The notes under the pieces were generated by a model that worked only from the letters and a program-made list of their open reading frames with translations, did not search any database and was not told the DNA's origin. Positions 37,601 through 45,187 of a stretch of DNA of 60,440 nucleotides are shown in pieces. The stretch spans positions 1 to 60,440 of the forward strand of contig JAISUE010000080.1 in the NCBI GenBank assembly GCA_031272245.1, written 5' to 3'. A program made the translations under genes and the position numbers. Source of the stretch: Bacteroidales bacterium. GTDB taxonomy: Bacteria > Bacteroidota > Bacteroidia > Bacteroidales > P3. Within the stretch, counting starts at the first letter, position 1. Each line of letters opens with the position of its first letter.

Positions 37601-39670
37601 GGCAATAAAATGATTTGTATGATTAGCTCTGAAAGATAAAAGATTATTTCCCAAAATTCTTTCTATTGAGGGGGTGCGATAGTTTCCTGTAACAGAATAA
37701 TCAGTATTTCTTATCCAGCATAAAGGCAATATGTAATCTACATAACTGGTTATGGAATAAGAGTCAAAATTTTCTGTATAAGGAAAAGATGTTAGTGTCC
37801 CACAACCAGTAACAAAAGAAATAATTTCAGACCAGTTGCTTTCTCCGTTTGCACATATTGATTTAATTCTTGCTTTGTATTGAGTAGCGCTTAATAGATT
37901 TATTAATGTAATGGGGTTTGTTGACGTTGTATCAATGTTTGCTTGCGACCAATGAGTGAAAACTTCAGGCATGTATTGTATTATCCATTGCGTAGATGCA
38001 CCTGTAAAAGATAGAATAGCAGAAGAATCGGTTATAGAACTTACTGTTATATTTGTTGGTCTTTCACAATTAACCACAGAAATAGAAATATTATCTACAG
38101 CAGCAGGCGATTGTTGTATTCCATTTGTATTTTCATTTCTCCAATGAAAATATAATCTCCATACATGCCCTCCAAGATTTTGAAAAGCCGTTTGTTCTGT
38201 GGATATAATCATGTCTTCATGTTGCCACGTTAAAACATTTGACAACCAATGAACACCGGTTCCAGCAGGGAAATTACCAATTTGAAAATGATTATCGGCA
38301 TTACCTGATGGAATTGTTCCCGCTGTTACATTTTCTGATAGAGGCATTAAGTAAATTCGTAGAAAATCCTGTTGAGGTGCATTACCTTTTGCTCTCCAGT
38401 CAAATGAAAGTTTTGCTTCAGTTGTGCCATTTGGAAAATAAATATCGCGATAAGCATAGGATTTGGAAGAAATACCATTAATAACTCCGGTATAAGTATT
38501 TGTTATTCCTCCATCATTTGAAATATACAGGCTGTTATTGTCGCTGCTTGTTGGAGGTACGGCATAATTTCCCGTATTCAAAGGATCTAATCCTGCTCCT
38601 ATGTACCATTTATTTAATTGACGGAAATTAAGAAACTGCCATTGTTCATTTTCATTTGTATTTGTAAAATCAGTAAAATAAGGTAAAGTAACAGGAACAG
38701 CGAGAGTTTTTGCAGAAGCAATATTACTCCATTCACCGCCGCAGGTTTGTCTCATTGTAAAACTGTAAGAGGTATTTGGATTTAGATTGGATATAATATA
38801 AGGGGTAGATGTTGTGGAAGGTAAAATTACAGAAGTATAAGTATTGTTGTTAGATGTATCAAAGACAGAAGCAATCCCATATATGAGTTCCCAATTAGAG
38901 CCACTGCTGTTTTGATACCAGTTAAGAGTAATGGAAGATGTATCAATGACATTCGCTGTTAATGAATAAGTTCCTGGACATAAAGGGGCTGGTTCAAATG
39001 TAAATCTAATGTCGTTTCTTGTATCCACATTGCCGGAATAAGGATAGTAATCAGAATAAATCCAGTTATCACACGTTGTTGTTGGAGAAAAAGGAGTAGA
39101 ATTTGTACCATCAAGTCCCGGTGCATAATTATCTGTGTTGGTAAATTTTGCAAGAATAGAATCAGTAGTGTGAGTTGCAAAGTGAGGTATGTTGTTTGTG
39201 GCAGGAGCAGTACTGTAAAAAACCACAACTATATTGCTAACGCCATCCCATACAAAAGGATTCTGTAATGTAATTTCATTCCAAACATTTTGACCTGCAA
39301 AAGACAGTGTGCCGTTAAAACATGTAAGCATATTTGCAGTAGGTAGATAAGTAGGATGATTTAGCGGATGAAAACTTGTACAGGTTGTATTTTCTAACTG
39401 AATGTTTACAAAATATCTTGTTTCACTTTTGTCATTCAACAGATATTTAAACGCAATTTTTGTTATTGCTTTATTCTCCGGTACGATGCCTCCGTTTGCC
39501 GCAATTATTTCTGCGGCAGTATAAATTTGTTGAGTGTATGTATGATTGTAGTTTGCACAATAAGGAAGATTTGGATCATAACCGTTACTGTTTCCTATAA
39601 TTATTGTTGTTTGAGATAAGCAATATGAAGCATACATTGTTGCTAACAATAAAAACATTATTCGTTTCAT
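34673..39670 (-). CDS. giant modular surface protein (1665 aa): MAM-like and FN3 units plus extra modules, T9SS type A sorting domain; paralogue of 20745..24872
   Basis: Signal peptide. Long collinear similarity to the 1375-aa protein (KLSFDWRAKGNAPQQDFLRIYLMP, GTGVHWLSNVLTWQHEDMIIS, PAAVDNISI). CTD reads IFPNPASKTVVISV...GVYSVRLLNN. Confidence 0.85.
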   Translation of the reverse strand: MKRIMFLLLATMYASYCLSQTTIIIGNSNGYDPNLPYCANYNHTYTQQIYTAAEIIAANGGIVPENKAITKIAFKYLLNDKSETRYFVNIQLENTTCTSFHPLNHPTYLPTANMLTCFNGTLSFAGQNVWNEITLQNPFVWDGVSNIVVVFYSTAPATNNIPHFATHTTDSILAKFTNTDNYAPGLDGTNSTPFSPTTTCDNWIYSDYYPYSGNVDTRNDIRFTFEPAPLCPGTYSLTANVIDTSSITLNWYQNSSGSNWELIYGIASVFDTSNNNTYTSVILPSTTSTPYIISNLNPNTSYSFTMRQTCGGEWSNIASAKTLAVPVTLPYFTDFTNTNENEQWQFLNFRQLNKWYIGAGLDPLNTGNYAVPPTSSDNNSLYISNDGGITNTYTGVINGISSKSYAYRDIYFPNGTTEAKLSFDWRAKGNAPQQDFLRIYLMPLSENVTAGTIPSGNADNHFQIGNFPAGTGVHWLSNVLTWQHEDMIISTEQTAFQNLGGHVWRLYFHWRNENTNGIQQSPAAVDNISISVVNCERPTNITVSSITDSSAILSFTGASTQWIIQYMPEVFTHWSQANIDTTSTNPITLINLLSATQYKARIKSICANGESNWSEIISFVTGCGTLTSFPYTENFDSYSITSYVDYILPLCWIRNTDYSVTGNYRTPSIERILGNNLLSFRANHTNHFIAIAPPLDNSVDITTLRVKLKMRYTDTIAAYIRIGIMTDPNDWTTFVGIGDTLNISTANTWEQKEIMLNTYSISNPANQGKYIAFASIPSPYETGNTYIWIDDIEISEIPSCPDVYNFTAVVNNFTEAILNWNTTNNNSWIVAYSQTSADMFDTSSATLLNVNTTTDSFPYIISNNLLEGETYSFAIRSTCGGTWTNPIEITLPSHSNTATLPYFQNFENNTSEWNLYSNSINTWFIGNATGNTGKSLYITNDGGNSYAYSHTETFAIAWARVSFDTGFSNYNLAFDWKCKAQDSIYDRMEVYLFPISMEIPTSWHASENWFTDTNIIKIGEAYYDTNNWVHENFIFNSSMLENTMKKLVFMFYCNYYDGENPPAAVDNIYIAGSNCSFITNMSATDISFDSAIIHFSDSDSSHNTWEYTFGDASTINAPDENNVFSIASSTFSLNGLNSATTYNVWVRPFCYYEGTTSWGPTLTFTTQTSCPTVSQFEVLSTSITSTSAQISFQESTDATDYIITYGITGFNPNDSSATSIDVGDTSSSNITIYQINGLTPATNYDVYVQSNCGIDRSYRLLCQFTTKTCEEENLCQYTFFAKDGYGDGWDDGFLVIKQNGLTVDTIRAINHYAQHLTVDTFTVNLCPEVSTELFWYGGIYFEDIAFDLISPTDTNIFSAAAGSMINFTSNHLVFSFQTPVCELPFICEEPTAVALSGTVTPSTATITWTPAPDTYLWQVKINNGDTVDVYNPYYTFNNLEPNVNYFAYVRSVCGNETYSNWVNVTFSTPEPTPVSPEVRTDSMTFDETCGEATFYCFVLNAGYPIAAEFGILIGTDTNLTIDNGSPIGSDVYLPNIIGYAFDLDPNLTYYFNAFARTQNNQYIYGTSKSFSCNNISDVSIENVSLEIFPNPASKTVVISVSGLTSNAQIIITDLTGKTVYVSNIDANNQTKLINVKNFNSGVYSVRLLNNEINKTSKLIITKNSY

Positions 39671-39722
39671 TTTAAGATATATTTTGATTTGTTTATCAAT
39701 TTATTTTGTTATTTTAAATTTG

Positions 39723-39730
39723 CAAAATTA
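39723..39730 (-). promoter_or_regulatory. -7 box TAATTTTG (minus strand)
   Basis: CAAAATTA on the + strand, 53 nt upstream of the ATG at 39670. Confidence 0.45.
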
Positions 39731-39770
39731 TGAATTTTAAATATTATTACTGTTGTAAAGTAATTTGTTT

Positions 39771-39803
39771 ATTCTAATTTTTTCTATTCATAAAAATTAG
39801 AAT
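39771..39803. promoter_or_regulatory. 12-bp perfect inverted repeat ATTCTAATTTTT-N9-AAAAATTAGAAT
   Basis: Read directly. Located in the 406-bp divergent intergenic region between the two giant cargo genes. Confidence 0.4.
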
Positions 39804-40047
39804 ATAAATTTGATAAATAATTATCCTGTTTAAACTATAATGCTTTGACGAAGTATAAATACAGTATTATTTTTCTTTATTTTTAGGGAACAAAATCAAG
39901 ATTTTATGACAAAAACATAGCAATTTTGCTTGTAAAAATCAAGTTTTTTTGGTTCATTAGGTTACTTCACGTATAAAAAAAATGTTTATATGAACATAAA
40001 GAAAAGAAAATTAAAACGAAAAAACATTAAACAAAAATAAAAATCAT

Positions 40048-40055
40048 TATCTTTG
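40048..40055 (+). promoter_or_regulatory. -7 box TATCTTTG
   Basis: Exact TAnnTTTG match 22 nt upstream of the ATG at 40077. Confidence 0.5.
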
Positions 40056-40076
40056 TAATTTAAAAATAATCTGAAT

Positions 40077-43000
40077 ATGAAAAAATTTTTCTTAATTATT
40101 TCTGCAAGCTTACTTGTTTTAGCAAGTAATAATGTTATGGGACAAAACCAAAACATAATATTGGATTCGGTTAATACTCATGGTGCAACTTTTACAACCT
40201 GTGATGCAAATTTGGTATTAAATCAATATGGTTCTAATGAGGATTATACCGTTACAATGTGTGCAAACAATGTTATTGCAGACAGATTGGTATTATATTT
40301 TGATACTTTTAATATTCATTCTTCCGATACTTTATGGTTGCATGCAGGAACGGGGACAAATTCTCTAAACAATCCTTTAATATCATTGGATTCTATTAGT
40401 TATGATACCGTTAGAGATTTATCAGGTAACATTGTGAGAGTGGATACAGTGGTAACACCTTTTACTGCTTTTACTAAAACTCGTTTGAATAATCGTTCCG
40501 TTTTAAGTCCATTAACACATGCGGGTTGTATAACGGCAAGATTTAAATCTAATGCAAGCAATAATCAGGGAAGTTTTAAAGCTAAAGTAAGTTGTGAAGC
40601 CAAATGTCAAAGTATTATTCCAACGATAGATACTTTCTTTTTGCAGGTTCATCAGGATGGAAGCATAACCAGACAGCCTATTAAAAGAGACTTAATTGAT
40701 TCTGTTTGGAGAGACAGCATTAAAGTTACTCTTTTGCCATTAGATACTTTAATAGGTATAAGTGATTATTATGTAATGGGTACGGATACTATTTGGGGAT
40801 CGGATGAAGATACGGTTTTTGTTACCGATACAATAAGAGATACATTGGAAAATGCTGTTTTTGACCATATATCACTTTATTCAGCAATAGATATTTGCGA
40901 AGGTGATTCTATAATTCTTGTTGCAAAAGTGTTTTTCCCAGAAAATGATATGCTTTATCATCAATCTGATAGCACATGTTTATTCTTATGGAATTATGGA
41001 GACTGTGCCACAGTAGATTCTATTTATGGCAGTCATACAGCAGGGCATAAATGGCAAGACGCACGAGGATTTACGGTCTCGCTCTATGTAGAAGATACAG
41101 TCTTTGGCTGTATGAGTAACTCTTCAGCAGATATACGAGTCCGTATATCTAAAAATCCTATTCGTGCCATAGCACAATTACCTGAAATATGTTCAGGAAC
41201 AGAATTAGCAGTCTCTGCTGGCTACGGAGGAGACGCATCTATTCAGCTGAATAAAATACAACAGGATAAGGCAAAGACAGGTTATTACGTAAATACAGTT
41301 GTGTTGCCGGACGGACCTCCTTGTGCTGATTTTTTGGGAGGGCAATTCTGTTTCAAATCTCCAATAACTTTTAATTCTTTCGGCTTGGCTAAAATACAAT
41401 CCAAAGAAGATGTTTACTCTATTTGCTTGGATATAGAGCATACATTTATAGGTGACTTGGGTGTTACTCTTTATTGTCCTCCGGATGAAAATGGAGTAAC
41501 GCGTTCAGTTATACTAAAACACATGTTAGCAACAGGTGCAGATGGAGGTGCTGATTTAGGATATCCTCCTTATGGTACGAGTAACCCCTGCTCACCAGGT
41601 TGCTGGGATTCTTGTATTACACCTGGCGTTGGAGGAACTTATTGCTGGTCAAATCAAGCTCCATATACTAATCCTTCTAATAACCCTCTTGGACTTTGGA
41701 CAAATTATCATCAAGGATCACCTAGTATGATGCCATTGTCTAATCCTGAAGATTCTACAAATTATTATCAAACCCCAGATCAAAGAAATTATATGGGTCC
41801 GACTCCTTCTAATCCTGTAGGACCAAGGTCACCTTATGTTACGAGCGATATAACAGAAGATAGAAATGCTTTTGCAGAACTTATAGGCTGTCCAATGAAT
41901 GGACAATGGATTATTGAAATTTGTGACTATTGGGGAGGTGATGATGGGTATATTTTTGGATGGAATTTAAGTTTGAAAAACAGTTGTTTTGCAGATTGGG
42001 CTTATTCTGTAGATTTGGATACATTATTTTGGGAAGGACCTTTTATGCACGCTGTTGATAACTCAAATTACAAGATAATTCCTCCTATTGACACAGGCGG
42101 AGTCTTTCGTTATGGAGTGCATATTGTAGATAATCTTGGTTGTGAATGGGATACGGCAGTGTTTGTAAATATATTGGAAACACCGGTTATTGATTTGGGT
42201 GATGATATAAAGGTATGCGAAGGGGAACAGGTTATACTTGATGCTACTCATCGTGCAGCAACAGATTATATATGGTCAGATGGTTCTATAGATCCTGCAT
42301 TGATAATAGTGCCTCAACCAAATTCATCTGATATGACTTATTATGTACAGGTAGTAAATAACAGTGGAAGTTTTCCATGTTCGTATCAGGATTCGGTTCA
42401 TTTAATAGTCAAGCCGCAAGCCCTGCCTTCATTTATTTCCAATCCGTCTCCGCTTGTAGGTTGTGAACCTTTCACTTTCCAACTTTTCAATGCATCTTCC
42501 AATGTTGATACTTTTGAATGGCAGGTTGGAGATTTTATATCTACAGAAATGAATCCTGTATTTACTTTACCTTATGGAATTTATCAAGGTGTATTAAGAG
42601 TAAAATCAGAAGGAGGATGCACCGATTCGTTATCTTTCAGTGTTGATGTATATCCTAAACCTGTAGCGGATTTTGCTTGGGAACCAAATAATCCATTTGC
42701 ATCTGCTCCTGACGCACAAATGATAAATCTTACGCAACCTGATTTATCTTCCAATACTTACTTATGGCGGTATCAGACAGATAAGTATGATGCTACAGCA
42801 TTCAGTAATGTAACCGGAAAAAATCCAATAATTCATTGGACACAAAGACCTAATGAACCTCTTGCAGGTGATTATGATATAACATTGTTTGCTTATGTCA
42901 ATAGTGAAGATATTCACGGAGGACAACATCAGTGTTATGACTCTATAACAAAGACAATAACTATTATCAACGACAATCTTATTTTTCCAAATGTAGTAAC

Positions 43001-43259
43001 TCCTAATGGAGATGGTAAAAATGATACATTTATTGTTCATAATCTTGTGGGAGGACGAGCATTTCCGGATAATGAATTAACAATTTACAATCGTTATGGA
43101 AGAAGGATTTACTTTAAGGAAGATATAAGAGTGAATGAAGAAGGATGGGATCCTAATGAAACAAATACTCCTGCCGGTACTTATTTCTATCATTTTGTAG
43201 GTAGAGGACCTGTAAGAGATGTTGAATATACAGGCACAATAGAAGTAATAAGAAAATAA
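40077..43259 (+). CDS. 1060-aa secreted protein: CUB-like N-terminal region, proprotein-convertase-type P domain, PKD-like unit, T9SS type B (gliding-motility-associated) C-terminal domain
   Basis: Signal peptide. P-domain signature CLDIEHTFIGDLGVTLYCPPDENG...GQWIIEICDYWGGDDGYIFGWNLSL. The type B CTD reads LIFPNVVTPNGDGKNDTFIVHNL...IYNRYGRRIY...WDPNE...AGTYFYHF. No subtilase Asp/His/Ser motifs were seen. Confidence 0.75.
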   Translation: MKKFFLIISASLLVLASNNVMGQNQNIILDSVNTHGATFTTCDANLVLNQYGSNEDYTVTMCANNVIADRLVLYFDTFNIHSSDTLWLHAGTGTNSLNNPLISLDSISYDTVRDLSGNIVRVDTVVTPFTAFTKTRLNNRSVLSPLTHAGCITARFKSNASNNQGSFKAKVSCEAKCQSIIPTIDTFFLQVHQDGSITRQPIKRDLIDSVWRDSIKVTLLPLDTLIGISDYYVMGTDTIWGSDEDTVFVTDTIRDTLENAVFDHISLYSAIDICEGDSIILVAKVFFPENDMLYHQSDSTCLFLWNYGDCATVDSIYGSHTAGHKWQDARGFTVSLYVEDTVFGCMSNSSADIRVRISKNPIRAIAQLPEICSGTELAVSAGYGGDASIQLNKIQQDKAKTGYYVNTVVLPDGPPCADFLGGQFCFKSPITFNSFGLAKIQSKEDVYSICLDIEHTFIGDLGVTLYCPPDENGVTRSVILKHMLATGADGGADLGYPPYGTSNPCSPGCWDSCITPGVGGTYCWSNQAPYTNPSNNPLGLWTNYHQGSPSMMPLSNPEDSTNYYQTPDQRNYMGPTPSNPVGPRSPYVTSDITEDRNAFAELIGCPMNGQWIIEICDYWGGDDGYIFGWNLSLKNSCFADWAYSVDLDTLFWEGPFMHAVDNSNYKIIPPIDTGGVFRYGVHIVDNLGCEWDTAVFVNILETPVIDLGDDIKVCEGEQVILDATHRAATDYIWSDGSIDPALIIVPQPNSSDMTYYVQVVNNSGSFPCSYQDSVHLIVKPQALPSFISNPSPLVGCEPFTFQLFNASSNVDTFEWQVGDFISTEMNPVFTLPYGIYQGVLRVKSEGGCTDSLSFSVDVYPKPVADFAWEPNNPFASAPDAQMINLTQPDLSSNTYLWRYQTDKYDATAFSNVTGKNPIIHWTQRPNEPLAGDYDITLFAYVNSEDIHGGQHQCYDSITKTITIINDNLIFPNVVTPNGDGKNDTFIVHNLVGGRAFPDNELTIYNRYGRRIYFKEDIRVNEEGWDPNETNTPAGTYFYHFVGRGPVRDVEYTGTIEVIRK

Positions 43260-43283
43260 ATTAAAACGCTTAAACTAACTCAA

Positions 43284-43317
43284 GGGGCTACTGTTTTTGG
43301 TAGTCCCAATTTTTTTC
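43284..43317 (+). terminator. rho-independent terminator
   Basis: Stem GGGGCTAC / GTAGTCCC (one G-U pair) with an 8-nt loop, followed by AATTTTTTT. Confidence 0.7.
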
Positions 43318-43359
43318 ACATATATTTTTTTTCATAATTTAACTTTAATTTAAAATTGT

Positions 43360-43367
43360 TATATTTG
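43360..43367 (+). promoter_or_regulatory. -7 box TATATTTG
   Basis: Exact TAnnTTTG match 45 nt upstream of the ATG at 43412. Confidence 0.5.
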
Positions 43368-43411
43368 CGACATTATAAATAATTATTTATCAATCATAAA
43401 AATTAAATACT

Positions 43412-44491
43412 ATGAACAGAAAAATTATCACTTTGGCGATTTCTCTTGTGGTCGCTGCAGTTTTGCCAACAATGGCACAAAAATTCCTGAATACAGGTTA
43501 TGAAAATGTGTATTTTGATTATCCCGATACTTGGAATCAAAAAATAGAAACAAGAGCAGATAATAACGCTTATACTGTTTTTGTAAATGATAATCAAAGT
43601 AAAAAGAACGTAAAAGTAACAGCTTATCGTTACGCAACAGAGGTTGAAACTCTTATAACTAATATCGCCTCACAGCAAAGTTTGCAGAAAGGTTTTGAAT
43701 ATATGGTTATTGAAAAGGTAAAAGCAGGAAAACTTGCCAAGAAATCTAACGTTAAGTTATTAGGTTATAGTAACAACAATTTGAATGAAGCGTTTGTTGG
43801 AGGTATTTATGGTTTAAATGACAATGGTTATACTTATACCATAGAGTATTATCTTGAAGATAATCCGAGTGATAAAAAACTTATGGACAAAATCTTACAA
43901 TCTATTCGTATAGAAAAACCGTTAACAAAACCTAACATTTTTGACTTAAATGAAAAATATGATAAACAGGGAGAAAAACAAGCTGTAAAAGATAAAGAAA
44001 AAGTTGAGAAGGATATGAAAAAAGCAAAAAAAGAGCAAAAACAAGCTGCAAAAGATAAAGAAAAGGTTGTAAAAGAGCAGAAAAAATTAGAAAAAGAACG
44101 AAAACAAGCAGAGAAAGAACAAGAAGAAATGGAAAAAGCTAAGAAAAAGGCAGCAAAGGAACAAGCCAAACGCGAAGAAGAACATAAAAAAGAATTAAAA
44201 AAACAGAAACAGGAAGCTAAAAAAGCGTTAGAAGAACAGGAAAAACAAATAAAAGAAAAGCAGAAAAAGATAGAAGAACAGGAAAAAGCGGAGAAAGAAC
44301 AGGAGAAAGCTGCTAAAAAAGCTGAAAAGGAAAAAGAAAAAGCCTTGAAAGCACAACGTAAAGAAATAAAAGAACAGATAAAAACCCTTGAAAAATCTTT
44401 GGATGCTCCTGAAAACAAAAATAAAGAAGCTCAAAAACTTATAAAAGAACAAATCAAAAAACTTGAAAAGAAAGCAAAATCACTAAAATAG
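43412..44491 (+). CDS. secreted protein with about 170-aa globular domain and about 190-aa Lys/Glu-rich repeat tail
   Basis: Signal peptide MNRKIITLAISLVVAAVLPTMAQ. The C-terminal half is almost only K/E/Q/A (KDKEKVEKDMKKAKKEQKQAAKDKEKVVKEQKKLEKERKQAEKEQEE...). Flanked by a promoter box and a strong terminator. Confidence 0.7.
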   Translation: MNRKIITLAISLVVAAVLPTMAQKFLNTGYENVYFDYPDTWNQKIETRADNNAYTVFVNDNQSKKNVKVTAYRYATEVETLITNIASQQSLQKGFEYMVIEKVKAGKLAKKSNVKLLGYSNNNLNEAFVGGIYGLNDNGYTYTIEYYLEDNPSDKKLMDKILQSIRIEKPLTKPNIFDLNEKYDKQGEKQAVKDKEKVEKDMKKAKKEQKQAAKDKEKVVKEQKKLEKERKQAEKEQEEMEKAKKKAAKEQAKREEEHKKELKKQKQEAKKALEEQEKQIKEKQKKIEEQEKAEKEQEKAAKKAEKEKEKALKAQRKEIKEQIKTLEKSLDAPENKNKEAQKLIKEQIKKLEKKAKSLK

Positions 44492-44513
44492 AAGTTTAAT
44501 TTTGTAGTTTGTG

Positions 44514-44558
44514 AAACAGTCTTTTGACACTTAATATAACAAAAGACTGTTTTTTTAT
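44514..44558 (+). terminator. rho-independent terminator
   Basis: Perfect 13-bp stem AAACAGTCTTTTG / CAAAAGACTGTTT followed by a T7 run. Confidence 0.8.
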
Positions 44559-44673
44559 TTTCTATTGTTTGAAAATTAAGAATTTAGAAAATAAAATTCA
44601 AACTTCTGAAAGTAAAAATCAAGATACATAGAATAAATAACTTGATTTTTAAATGGATTGAAATATATTTTTT

Positions 44674-44681
44674 TACTTTTG
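44674..44681 (+). promoter_or_regulatory. -7 box TACTTTTG
   Basis: Exact TAnnTTTG match 46 nt upstream of the ATG at 44727. Confidence 0.5.
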
Positions 44682-44726
44682 TTCTCTGAAAACTTTTAAA
44701 AGTCAAAAAATAAAGCATAAAAATTT

Positions 44727-45149
44727 ATGGAAAAGATAAAAACTTATAAGATGGTTAAAAGTGAAGATTTAAATCATCATGGAACTTTATTCGCAGGTCG
44801 TTGTTCGGAATGGTTTGTTGAAGCATCTTTTATTTGTGCAGCAGAAACACTTGATCCTCATCATATTGTTTGTTTGAAAGTTCATGGTTTGGAATTTCTT
44901 CATTCTGTGAAACTTGGCTCTATTCTCTCTTTTGAAGCTCAAATTGTTCATGCAGGAACAAAGTCTTTAACGGTTTATACCCAAGTATTTGAACAGCAAA
45001 GATCTGAAACAATACTTCTTGATGGTTTTGTAACGTTCTGTTATGTAGATTTAAATGGTAAATCTCAACCTCACGGTTTGATAGTTGAGTTAAAAACAGA
45101 ACGAGAAAAAGAATTAAATCAACAAGTAGCATTGCTATTAAAACATTAA
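44727..45149 (+). CDS. hotdog-fold acyl-CoA thioesterase
   Basis: 140 aa. LNHHGTLFAGR motif typical of YciA/Acot-type thioesterases. Confidence 0.7.
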   Translation: MEKIKTYKMVKSEDLNHHGTLFAGRCSEWFVEASFICAAETLDPHHIVCLKVHGLEFLHSVKLGSILSFEAQIVHAGTKSLTVYTQVFEQQRSETILLDGFVTFCYVDLNGKSQPHGLIVELKTEREKELNQQVALLLKH

Positions 45150-45187
45150 CTAAAATTATTATCATTAAATTTTGAAAATTCTATTTT

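Noticed and set aside
39771-39803. Invertible (phase-variable) promoter between the giant cargo genes
   Set aside because: The inverted-repeat arms are only 9 nt apart, so they cannot flank a promoter, and there is no site-specific recombinase gene in the window. An operator or hairpin is more likely.
43950-44420. Periodic short DNA repeats that could superficially resemble a repeat array or CRISPR
   Set aside because: The repeats are in frame within a coding K/E-rich tail. They are imperfect, have no unique spacers of constant length, and no cas genes are present.
43849-44452. Long minus-strand ORFs (189 aa and 74 aa) opposite the Lys/Glu-rich gene
   Set aside because: They are the reverse complement of AAG/GAA/AAA-rich repeats and translate to F/S/C/L low-complexity strings. 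No signals support them. They are an antisense artefact.
44614-44650. Second hairpin (AAAAATCAAG / CTTGATTTTT, 17-nt loop) upstream of the thioesterase promoter
   Set aside because: It is weak and AT-only apart from two pairs. A strong terminator already exists at 44514-44558, and there is no evidence for an attenuator or sRNA.
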